This document shows positions 9,760 to 17,328 of a stretch of DNA of 31,384 bases, piece after piece. The stretch comes from a virus (lineage: Duplodnaviria; Caudoviricetes): positions 1 to 31,384 of IMG/VR virus record IMGVR_UViG_3300048606_000134; one strand, written 5' to 3'. The first letter of the stretch is position 1. The number at the start of each line of letters is the position of its first letter. A program made the position numbers and the translations under genes. The notes under the pieces are model-generated. The model was not told where the DNA came from. It ran no database searches and saw nothing but the letters and a program-made list of their open reading frames with translations.

Positions 9760-10099
9760 AATTCATCAGCGCCATTTCCAGCTTGCTTTGCGGCTTTTTC
9801 GGTTTTGCTAGTTCATCACTAATTTTTCGCAATCCTGAAGGTGTCAACCCAAGCGCATTTGAATATGAAAGTATATCTTTTCTTAGGTTTTCCAAGGTTG
9901 CCACAATCGGTGCTTTCTTTGCATTGTCGCTGTACCCTGTTTTTTCAACCACCGTAAACTTGCTTTTTTTAAATTCTTTTTCAAGCGCCTGATATTGTTC
10001 AATCAGCCCTGCATAAATTAGAATTGTATTTTCAAATTCAGGTTTATAAATACCCAATGCAATCATATTTTCTTTTGTTTGTTCTGTAACCCTTCCCAT
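9749..10099 (-). CDS. terS: Terminase small subunit (P27 family)
   Basis: ALGLTPSGLRKI motif; SD GGAGGTG before ATG 10099; overlaps terL. Confidence 0.9.
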   Translation of the reverse strand: MGRVTEQTKENMIALGIYKPEFENTILIYAGLIEQYQALEKEFKKSKFTVVEKTGYSDNAKKAPIVATLENLRKDILSYSNALGLTPSGLRKISDELAKPKKPQSKLEMALMNFGT

Positions 10100-10812
10100 G
10101 TTTTCACCTCCAATGCAATTTTTTCGCCTTTCACAAGATTGCACTTTTTACACAATATTTGTAAATTGTTTACTTCACTGTTTCCGCCTTTTGATAATGG
10201 AATAATGTGATCAATATGCGCTTTATCATCCGTGTTCCAATCGCCTGTGCTTTCATCATGCACTTTGATTTCGCATATTTGACAAGTCCAATTATCACGC
10301 TTTAAAATTTCTGTTCGTTCAATAGGACTGAATTCCCTATTATATTTAAGTGATCGAATTTTTAAATTATGATAGTACCTGATATTTTTTCCTTTGTCTG
10401 TTTGTCTATATATTTTTTCTTTCAGGCTTAGATTTTCTTTATTTTCTTTTCGATATTGTTTATCTCTTTTTAAAATATGTTCTTTATTTTTATTTCGATA
10501 TTGTTCATGGTAAGCCAATATATTTTCTTTGTTCTGTTCGTAATAAAGTTTGTGATCATTGACTATTTTTTCTTTATTTTTTTTTCGCCACATTTTAAGA
10601 TAGGCAGCAGTTTTTTCTTTGTTTTTTTCTCTATATTCTTTTCCGTAAATTGCTCTTTTTTCTTTTGTTTCCTGTTTTGAATTATGTTGTTTGGTGTCTT
10701 CTAGTTTGCATTTTTTGCATTTAGAATATAATCCATCTTTTCCTTTTTTACATTTATAAAAATACTCTAATGTTGCAGGATATTCAGTTTTGCATTGGCT
10801 GCATTGCTTCAT
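10063..10812 (-). CDS. HNH endonuclease with N-terminal Cys4 finger (probable free-standing homing endonuclease)
   Basis: CSQC..CKKC, K/E-rich helical repeats, RDNWTCQIC..HIDHIIPLSKGG..NNLQILCKKCN; more AT-rich than its neighbours; overlaps the terS start. Confidence 0.88.
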   Translation of the reverse strand: MKQCSQCKTEYPATLEYFYKCKKGKDGLYSKCKKCKLEDTKQHNSKQETKEKRAIYGKEYREKNKEKTAAYLKMWRKKNKEKIVNDHKLYYEQNKENILAYHEQYRNKNKEHILKRDKQYRKENKENLSLKEKIYRQTDKGKNIRYYHNLKIRSLKYNREFSPIERTEILKRDNWTCQICEIKVHDESTGDWNTDDKAHIDHIIPLSKGGNSEVNNLQILCKKCNLVKGEKIALEVKTWEGLQNKQKKI

Positions 10813-10886
10813 TTTTTCACCTTCATTTATAAATTTTTACAAACAGTTATACACATTTGTAAGAGTTTCTAAACAGGTGAAAAAAT
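10811..10886 (-). promoter_or_regulatory. Long hairpin covering the SD and start of the HNH gene
   Basis: Perfect 12-bp outer arms ATTTTTTCACCT (10811-10822) and AGGTGAAAAAAT (10875-10886), plus inner TTACAAA/TTTGTAA pairing. Confidence 0.6.
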
Positions 10887-10899
10887 ATTTTTAGATTTT

Positions 10900-10975
10900 T
10901 CGCTTGGTTCAGGAAGCTTCCCATTCCGCCGTTTTTCCCATAAGCAAAAAAATTTAAAAAAATAGGCGGGGATAT
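10900..10975. other. Putative cos/packaging site region
   Basis: GC-rich island (CCCATTCCGCCG, AGGCGGGGA) in AT-rich DNA between the small HNH and terS, the usual cos position in HK97-like phages. The exact cut site cannot be determined. Confidence 0.45.
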
Positions 10976-10998
10976 AAAATTTATTTTTAAATAATTTT

Positions 10999-11175
10999 CT
11001 ATTTATTTTCACGGTTTATATCATCTTTTATTTCCTGAAGTTCTTCATATAATTTTTGTTCCTTCATTTGTTTATTCATTGCTCTAGTAGTTGTCAGATA
11101 ATTAAAAAATATAATTATAATCATTGTCAGAACATTGAAGCTTGTAAATTGTTTGATCATCCATTCAAGGAACAT
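10999..11175 (-). CDS. Small single-TM plus coiled-coil protein (holin-like), paralog of 16889-17071
   Basis: Not in the ORF track. SD GAAGGTG; MFLEWMIKQFTSFNVLTMIIIIFFNYLTTTRAMNKQMKEQKLYEELQEIKDDINRENK*, 58 aa. Confidence 0.8.
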   Translation of the reverse strand: MFLEWMIKQFTSFNVLTMIIIIFFNYLTTTRAMNKQMKEQKLYEELQEIKDDINRENK

Positions 11176-11179
11176 TCAT

Positions 11180-11428
11180 TCACCTTCTTATCAGATGCCC
11201 ACCCTTTTCAGGATGGATCTTGTTATGACAGGAAGCGCACACGCTCACAAGATTGCTATTGCTCATAGCCAATTCAGGATGATCTTCAACTTCCTTGATA
11301 TGATGCACAATCCGTGCTTCCCTATTCCTGCCATACTTCTTGCATTCTTGGCAAAGGAAGCCATCACGGTGCAATATATATTGGCGCTTTGATCGCCATC
11401 TTTTCTGATTATAAAAGTTCTTATTCAT
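11180..11428 (-). CDS. Small HNH endonuclease (HK97 gp74-like packaging cofactor)
   Basis: FYNQKRWRSKR..RDGFLCQEC..VHHIKE..NLVSVCASCHNKIH; TGATG coupling to the upstream gene. Confidence 0.92.
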   Translation of the reverse strand: MNKNFYNQKRWRSKRQYILHRDGFLCQECKKYGRNREARIVHHIKEVEDHPELAMSNSNLVSVCASCHNKIHPEKGGHLIRR

Positions 11429-12756
11429 CACAATACCCTTTCATATCCACTTGGCAGCGCTGGCTGCACTGTCACATTTGCTGAAGCATCCCATAAATCC
11501 ACCCAATCAATCCCATTGTTGGTGTTTGATCCTTGGATCTTGAACCTGTTAGCCCTTGGCACTGAAGCTGTTGAATAGCTGTAATATGCTAGGCTTGTCA
11601 ATGGTCTTACTGCCCCAAGATCCACAACAACATTGGCATTCGGTGTTGCTGTCCACCAAATAGGATATCCTGAAGTTGTTTTGATTGTATCTTTTATAGT
11701 GCCAATCAAACCGCCTGCATTAATTGCGTCATTGCTCAAAATTGTTGCCGCTGCCATTCTATTTGTTGCGCCTTCCCATGCTTCAACTTCAATCATTCTA
11801 GTTGTGGCAGGTTCTTGAACTGATCCATATCCTATTATTTTCAGATATCGCCATCCTGAAGGCGCTGCATTTGGTGTTGCAACAGCCTGATCTGAAAGCG
11901 CCCCATATCCACCATAATTGGCAGCCCTTACCGTGTAATAATAAGTTGTTCCATTTATCGCATAATTATCATCATAGTGAAGCCCTGTGAAGTATTCGCT
12001 TACTAAAGTACCTAAAACACCTGCTGCTGTTGAACGATAGACATTATAAGAAGTCGCATTTGGTGTTGCGCCCCAATCAACAGATACATAATAATTTCCT
12101 GCTGTCGCTGTCACAACAGGTTTGCCTGCAATTGCGCCTGCTGTATCATATGTCAATGTTCTTTGCGCTTCAGTGCCACCTGCATTGCTCACTGTCCAAT
12201 AAGTAATAGGAATTTGCGTACCCAATACACCTGCTGTGCTTTGCGATACCTGAAAAGGCGCTGTGAAAGTCTGCTGCGCACCTGTTCCGATTTTGTAATA
12301 TGTTGTTGCTTCTAAAATGCTTCTTGTGATATTTACTGTAATTGGAAAATTATTTTGAATCACTTCTGAAGGTGAAATATAACTTATAGGCACTTCAACA
12401 GCATTAATATTGTATGTTGTTGTTTTCACGGCTTCAGCATTTCCTGCCAAATCAACAGAAAAGTATTTCAAAACCTTTGTTGCATCCATATAAATGCCAT
12501 CACCAACATATTTTGCTGAAGCTGTTGTTGGTTCGCCACCATCCAAAGTGTAATAGGTGTCGCACATTTCATTCACATCAAGATATACTGTTTGCGGTGC
12601 ATCATATGTGTTTGTTGGATTATTTACCAAATCCAATGGTCTTGGTGTCGTGATTGGCGCTGTTGTGTCAAGGATTTTTTCAAAAACAAGATCCGTGCCG
12701 CAATATATTTTGTTCACTTGTCCTGTCCCAAGTCGCACATCTTTAATTTCAGCCAT
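11428..12756 (-). CDS. FN3-associated / FN3 / discoidin-like multi-domain protein (candidate adhesin or receptor-binding protein)
   Basis: Start ATG 12756 (SD AAAGGGGG). N-terminus IKDVRLGTGQVNKIYCGTDLVF; YYTLDGGEPT (FN3-associated); DWGATPNATSYNVYRS..YYYTVRAAN (FN3); VVVDLGAVRPL..RFKIQGS..W (discoidin-like). No signal peptide. Confidence 0.75.
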   Translation of the reverse strand: MAEIKDVRLGTGQVNKIYCGTDLVFEKILDTTAPITTPRPLDLVNNPTNTYDAPQTVYLDVNEMCDTYYTLDGGEPTTASAKYVGDGIYMDATKVLKYFSVDLAGNAEAVKTTTYNINAVEVPISYISPSEVIQNNFPITVNITRSILEATTYYKIGTGAQQTFTAPFQVSQSTAGVLGTQIPITYWTVSNAGGTEAQRTLTYDTAGAIAGKPVVTATAGNYYVSVDWGATPNATSYNVYRSTAAGVLGTLVSEYFTGLHYDDNYAINGTTYYYTVRAANYGGYGALSDQAVATPNAAPSGWRYLKIIGYGSVQEPATTRMIEVEAWEGATNRMAAATILSNDAINAGGLIGTIKDTIKTTSGYPIWWTATPNANVVVDLGAVRPLTSLAYYSYSTASVPRANRFKIQGSNTNNGIDWVDLWDASANVTVQPALPSGYERVL

Positions 12757-13528
12757 TAAAAATGCCCCCTTTGAAAGCAGGTTCATAATCAAGATCATAC
12801 AAAGACATATTCAAGCCTGCTGCACTTGTACCATCCACAATTCCAATTTTTCTGTTGAAAACAATCTGCGGCAATGTGGGCAAAGATTGTGTTGGGAAGC
12901 ATCTGTTGTTTCCATTTGCAGCTACTTCACAAATTATCCGCAATTTTTCTTCTTCAATCTGCGCCCTTGTTTTGCCTGTTGTCACAATTTGCTTGAATCT
13001 GTTTAGACAAACATTTTGCGGAAAAAATCTTCCCATTTGCACTGAAATATCAAACATCAAGGCATATCCCCTTCTTGAATATAGCCCCAAATTATTGAAC
13101 CATTTCAAGCCATTGGTATGCCATGATCCAGACATTTCAATTTGTTTATCAATTGAAGGCTGTGATGTTCCAAGATTCATGAAATAAGTTTTCCAAGGTT
13201 CAATAATTTTGTGTTCATTAAGCGGATCTATGATATTCGTTCCAAATACTCTTTGATCAGCTAAAGGCGCATTAATAAGATTCGCCCATTCTGTATAATC
13301 AGCGCCAAAAGTATCCCTGCATAATTGATTGTAATTTGTGTTTAAATGATTCCATAAGGGCTGCAATGATCCTTGCCCAAAATTATATTGAAGCACACCA
13401 TGTGAAATTGCTTGATCATCCCAATTCCCTGAAGTTATCCCATAACATTCAGGATAATAATTTGATGTTTCAAAAAATGCAACCATTCCAAGTGTTTTTT
13501 CTTTCAAATCTTGATACGATTTCACCAT
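12749..13528 (-). CDS. Putative lysozyme-superfamily peptidoglycan hydrolase
   Basis: Glu after the N-terminal helix (FFETS), then SGNWDDQAISHGVLQYNFGQGSL (GxxQ hairpin) and ALMFDISVQMG. No recognisable cell-wall-binding domain or signal peptide. SD GGGCGGTG. Confidence 0.55.
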   Translation of the reverse strand: MVKSYQDLKEKTLGMVAFFETSNYYPECYGITSGNWDDQAISHGVLQYNFGQGSLQPLWNHLNTNYNQLCRDTFGADYTEWANLINAPLADQRVFGTNIIDPLNEHKIIEPWKTYFMNLGTSQPSIDKQIEMSGSWHTNGLKWFNNLGLYSRRGYALMFDISVQMGRFFPQNVCLNRFKQIVTTGKTRAQIEEEKLRIICEVAANGNNRCFPTQSLPTLPQIVFNRKIGIVDGTSAAGLNMSLYDLDYEPAFKGGIFNG

Positions 13529-13540
13529 TTTTTCACCGCC

Positions 13541-16500
13541 CTATCCTGTGATGAAATACAGTGTATTTGAATCTTTGGTCAAAGCATCATATGCAGCTTG
13601 TGTGCCTTTCCAAAGTGTTAAACCTGCCATTTTTGTATTCATGATAAAATTATCCCCTGCATCCGCATAAGTTGATGTAATTTTTCCATCAAGGGCTGTT
13701 TGCAATCCTGTCACATTTGCAATGGTATGAGTGTGAACCGCATCTGCTTTTCCTGCAAGATCCGCATCATCTGCTTTGGCATTCAAAGCTGTTTGCAGAT
13801 CCGTTTGGGCTGAAATCGTTCCTGTTATTTCGCCCCAAGCACCGCCACCGCCTGCGCCAATTGGTTCATATTTCAGATCCGCATTTGCTTCAGTAATGTA
13901 TGCAGCCAAATCAGCCGTATTTGCTTTGCCTGTTAGCGCTGTATCAACTTCAGTTTTGCTGTATGTCGCTGTTTTCAGATAAACATCCGCACTATTTGCT
14001 TTTCCTGCAAGATCCGCATCATCTGCTTTTCCTGTCAAGGCTGTATCAATTTCAGTTTTGGTATAAACATCCACACTATTTGCTTTTGCCGCCAAATCAG
14101 CCGTATTTGCTTTTGCTGCAAGATCTGCATCATCCGCTTTTCCTGCTAGTGCCGTATTCACTTCAGTTTTCGTGAAAGTTTCTGTTTTCAGATAAACATC
14201 CGCACTATTTGCTTTTGCTGCAAGATCTGCTGTATTCGCTTTTGCTGCCAAATCTGCTGCATCTGCTTTTCCTGTCAGGGCTGTGTCAATTTCAGTTTTA
14301 CTGTATGTTCCTGTTTTTGGATAAACATCCGCACTATTTGCTTTTGCAGCCAAATCAGCCGTATTTGCTTTTCCTGTCAGGGCTGTATCAACTTCAGTTT
14401 TATTGTAGGTTGCTGTTTTGGTGTAAACATCAGCCGTATTTGCTTTTGCTGCAAGATCTGCATCATCCGCTTTTCCATCAAGCGCTGCTTGTAATCCTGT
14501 CACATCTAAAATGGCATGATTGTGGGCTTCAGGCGGATATAATGCAGGCTTATCTGCAATTTGTGCAAAAGTGTGAGTGTGAACCGCATCTGCTTTTCCT
14601 GCAAGATCCGCATCATCTGCTTTTCCATCCAAAACCGCCTGCAATCCTGTCACATCTGCAATGGCATGGCTGTGAATTGCATCAGCTTTTGCTGCTAAAT
14701 CAGCCGTATTTGCTTTTCCTGCAAGATCTGCATCAAGTTCTGTTTTGTTATATGTTTCTGTTTTGGCATAAACATCCGCACTATTTGCTTTTGCTGTCAG
14801 ATCCGCAATATCTGCTTTTGTTTCGTTTAAAATACGCCCCTGATTAGCAGATAAAGCAGCGCTGCTGCTAACACTAGAAAGATTATCTTGAACAATTGTT
14901 CCACCGCCTTCAGTAATTCCTGAAGCAATCGCATCAACTTCTGTTTTGGTGTATGTTTCTATTTTTTGATAAACATCCGCACTATTCGCTTTTGCTGCAA
15001 GATCCGCAAGATCCGCTTTTCCTGTCAGATCCGCATCATCTGCTTTTCCATCAAGGGCTGTTTGCAATCCTGTCACATTTTCAATTGTATGGTTGTGAAT
15101 TGAAGGTGCGTATTTTTCAGATAATAAAGTTCCACTTTCTTTAATAGGTGCGGTTGCATCAACCACAAAGCCTGATTTGGGCTTTAATTCCACATCACCC
15201 CTTGTGCTTGCCAAAGTGATTGTGTTAGGTGTTGAACCTGATCCAATTCCAAAATATCCTCTTTGTAGTTGAGTAATCCCATCTATGTCTAAACCAAATA
15301 AAGAAAAATATAAGGCATTTGTCATTGATGGGGAAATAAATTTTGCCACCGCACCTGTGCCATTAAAAACAGCATTACCTGTGAAAGAAGGTGATGCACT
15401 TGGCGCTTTTGCATCTAAAATATTTTGTAATTCATTTACATTTGCAATTTCATGGCTGTGAATCAGATCCGCTTTTCCTGCAAGATCCGCATCATCTGCT
15501 TTTCCTGTCAGGGCTGTGTCAACTTCAGTTTTGCTGTATGTTTCCGTTTTGGCATAAACATCAGCCGCATTTGCTTTTGCAGCTAAATCAACAGCATCCG
15601 CTTTTCCTGCAAGATCCGCATCATCCGCTTTTCCGTTCAAAGCTGTTTGCAGATCCGTTTGGGCTGAAATCGTTCCTGTTATTTCGCCCCAAGCTGCTGC
15701 AACCGTGCCGCCACCAATTTCATTTTTCAAGGCATATTTGGCATCAGCTTCAATTTCACTGATGAAAGGAATCAGATCTGCATCATCTGCTTTTCCATCA
15801 AGGGCTGTCTGCAATCCTGTCACATCTGCAATGGCATGCGTATGATCAACAGGTGCGCCCAATTCGCCTGTATTTGCTTTTGCATCCAATGCCCCTTGCA
15901 ATCCTGTCACATCTAATATGGCATGATTGTGGGCTTCAGGCGGATATGCAGCAGGCTTGGCTTGAATATCAACAAAATCATGTGTGTGGATTTCAGGCGG
16001 AAAAGCAGCAGGTTTTCCAAGGATGCTGTTCCAATCAACAATTCCGCCACCGCTTTCACCTGCCCCAAGCACCTGCCATCCTGTTTCTGTCAAATCACTT
16101 GCAATAAATGCCCTTTTGTTCACACCTATATCAAAAGCCATCTGCCCAATATATTCAGGCACAATTGTTGGAATCCCATCAACCAATATTGGCTTTTTGT
16201 CCATTGAAAAAAGCACTTCTTGCAAAGCGCTCATTTCCCCTGTTGATTCAATTATTTCACCATCCATAATGGCTTCCCTTGAAAAATAATAAAATGGGCA
16301 TGTTACCATAATCTGTGATTCATTCCGCACAATGACTTCAGCAGCATGCACACCAAATTCCACATATGCCTGCAAAGATAACATTGCAGCCGCATTTCCA
16401 TCAGGCGCATCTGTTATTTCAATAGATTGATAAACTGTCAAGCCTGAAGGTTTTTTGATGGCTAAATCAACATTTTTGCCTGTCAGATCCAAAGGTGCTG

Positions 16501-16627
16501 CATCTTGTGTGATTGTGAAAAGCACTTCAACAGATTCAAAGTCATTTCTTGAAACAGTGAAAAGCAGGTTGCTTGGTGTGTAAAGATCTTTTTCCACATC
16601 CAAAAGGATTTCAAAGGTTTTTTGCAC
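13541..16627 (-). CDS. BppU-like N-terminal domain plus HxH/phage-tail-repeat fibre protein
   Basis: Probable GTG start 16627 after SD GAAAGGTGG. FTITQDAAPLDLTGKNVDLAIKKPSG (BppU-like); nine HxH repeats (H.H.I.DVTGLQ.ALD.KA); KANSADVY.KT.TY.KTEVD repeats; C-terminal LWKGTQAAYDALTKDSNTLYFI. Confidence 0.8.
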   Translation of the reverse strand: MQKTFEILLDVEKDLYTPSNLLFTVSRNDFESVEVLFTITQDAAPLDLTGKNVDLAIKKPSGLTVYQSIEITDAPDGNAAAMLSLQAYVEFGVHAAEVIVRNESQIMVTCPFYYFSREAIMDGEIIESTGEMSALQEVLFSMDKKPILVDGIPTIVPEYIGQMAFDIGVNKRAFIASDLTETGWQVLGAGESGGGIVDWNSILGKPAAFPPEIHTHDFVDIQAKPAAYPPEAHNHAILDVTGLQGALDAKANTGELGAPVDHTHAIADVTGLQTALDGKADDADLIPFISEIEADAKYALKNEIGGGTVAAAWGEITGTISAQTDLQTALNGKADDADLAGKADAVDLAAKANAADVYAKTETYSKTEVDTALTGKADDADLAGKADLIHSHEIANVNELQNILDAKAPSASPSFTGNAVFNGTGAVAKFISPSMTNALYFSLFGLDIDGITQLQRGYFGIGSGSTPNTITLASTRGDVELKPKSGFVVDATAPIKESGTLLSEKYAPSIHNHTIENVTGLQTALDGKADDADLTGKADLADLAAKANSADVYQKIETYTKTEVDAIASGITEGGGTIVQDNLSSVSSSAALSANQGRILNETKADIADLTAKANSADVYAKTETYNKTELDADLAGKANTADLAAKADAIHSHAIADVTGLQAVLDGKADDADLAGKADAVHTHTFAQIADKPALYPPEAHNHAILDVTGLQAALDGKADDADLAAKANTADVYTKTATYNKTEVDTALTGKANTADLAAKANSADVYPKTGTYSKTEIDTALTGKADAADLAAKANTADLAAKANSADVYLKTETFTKTEVNTALAGKADDADLAAKANTADLAAKANSVDVYTKTEIDTALTGKADDADLAGKANSADVYLKTATYSKTEVDTALTGKANTADLAAYITEANADLKYEPIGAGGGGAWGEITGTISAQTDLQTALNAKADDADLAGKADAVHTHTIANVTGLQTALDGKITSTYADAGDNFIMNTKMAGLTLWKGTQAAYDALTKDSNTLYFITG
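13782..13840. repeat. 59-bp exact direct repeat, copy 1 (copy 2 at 15636-15694)
   Basis: TTCAAAGCTGTTTGCAGATCCGTTTGGGCTGAAATCGTTCCTGTTATTTCGCCCCAAGC at both positions; encodes AWGEITGTISAQTDLQTAL. Confidence 0.9.
15636..15694. repeat. 59-bp exact direct repeat, copy 2
   Basis: Identical to 13782-13840; offset 1854 bp, in frame. Confidence 0.9.
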
Positions 16628-16628
16628 T

Positions 16629-16892
16629 TTAATTTCCACCTTTCTTTGAAGCTGCTGCGCTTTCTTTTATTTGACTGATTATTTCCGTTTTTGCTTCATG
16701 GATTTCATCTTGCAATTGCTTGTATATAAATTTATTTTGCGCTTCAATATTATTCATTTCATTTTGCAGATTTTTCTGTTGTTTGTCGTTTTGATTATTT
16801 GCAATCCAATTAAAAATCATTGAAAGAATGATCCCTTCAATGATTAGGCTTAAAACTAATTCAATTACTGTCAATATTATATTTTGATTCAT
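16629..16892 (-). CDS. Small membrane protein, N-terminal TM plus coiled coil (holin-like)
   Basis: 87 aa, hydrophobic residues ~5-30 followed by a Q/E/K heptad tail; ATGA overlap with the upstream gene. Confidence 0.75.
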   Translation of the reverse strand: MNQNIILTVIELVLSLIIEGIILSMIFNWIANNQNDKQQKNLQNEMNNIEAQNKFIYKQLQDEIHEAKTEIISQIKESAAASKKGGN

Positions 16893-17071
16893 TTTTTCGC
16901 ATTACCCCTGATTTCATCCTTGATTTCTTCCAATTCGCAATAAAGTTCTTGTGATTGTTCTTTCAATTGTTTTGTCAAATTTGCTTTTGATAAAACAGTT
17001 GAAAAAATAAAAAAAACCACAAGCATCAAAACATTAAAATGTTCAAACTGTAAATACAGCCATTCTTTCAT
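16889..17071 (-). CDS. Small single-TM plus coiled-coil protein (holin-like), paralog of 10999-11175
   Basis: MKEWLYLQFEHFNVLMLVVFFIFSTVLSKANLTKQLKEQSQELYCELEEIKDEIRGNAKK; TAATG overlap with the upstream 31-aa ORF. Confidence 0.78.
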   Translation of the reverse strand: MKEWLYLQFEHFNVLMLVVFFIFSTVLSKANLTKQLKEQSQELYCELEEIKDEIRGNAKK

Positions 17072-17166
17072 TATTTCACCCATTCCAAAATTGCATAAAA
17101 GATGCCTGTGAAGACATAACCAAAATAAATAAGTGATAAAAGTATAAATGTATATTCTTTATTCAT
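17071..17166 (-). CDS. 31-aa single-TM peptide
   Basis: Not in the track. SD GGGGTG; MNKEYTFILLSLIYFGYVFTGIFYAILEWVK*; its stop overlaps the next ATG. Confidence 0.65.
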   Translation of the reverse strand: MNKEYTFILLSLIYFGYVFTGIFYAILEWVK

Positions 17167-17180
17167 AATTCACCCCATGC

Positions 17181-17212
17181 AAAAAAGCATCCTGCCGCAA
17201 TAGGATGCTTTT
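17181..17212 (-). terminator. Terminator-like hairpin in the leader of the cassette
   Basis: AAAAGCATCCT / AGGATGCTTTT arms; T6 on the minus strand immediately before the SD of the 31-aa ORF. Confidence 0.65.
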
Positions 17213-17249
17213 CCAATGTTTTCTTCAATAGAAAGAGTTTATTAGACAT

Positions 17250-17310
17250 TATTAATTATTCACATAAAATTTGAATAAAATACCGCACTTTTACTGTCAC
17301 AAATCTGTCA
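17250..17310 (-). promoter_or_regulatory. Candidate ArpU/RinA-activated late promoter
   Basis: TGACAG direct repeats with 11-bp period (17294-17299, 17305-17310) upstream of TGTGAATAAT, with no good -35; downstream of the ArpU-like gene. Confidence 0.4.
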
Positions 17311-17328
17311 TGCTGCATATTATATTTT

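Noticed and set aside
13740-15920. Repeat array as a CRISPR array or DGR template/variable pair
   Set aside because: The repeats are in-frame coding modules without unique spacers. There are no cas or reverse transcriptase genes, and no adenine-specific mismatch pattern was noticed.
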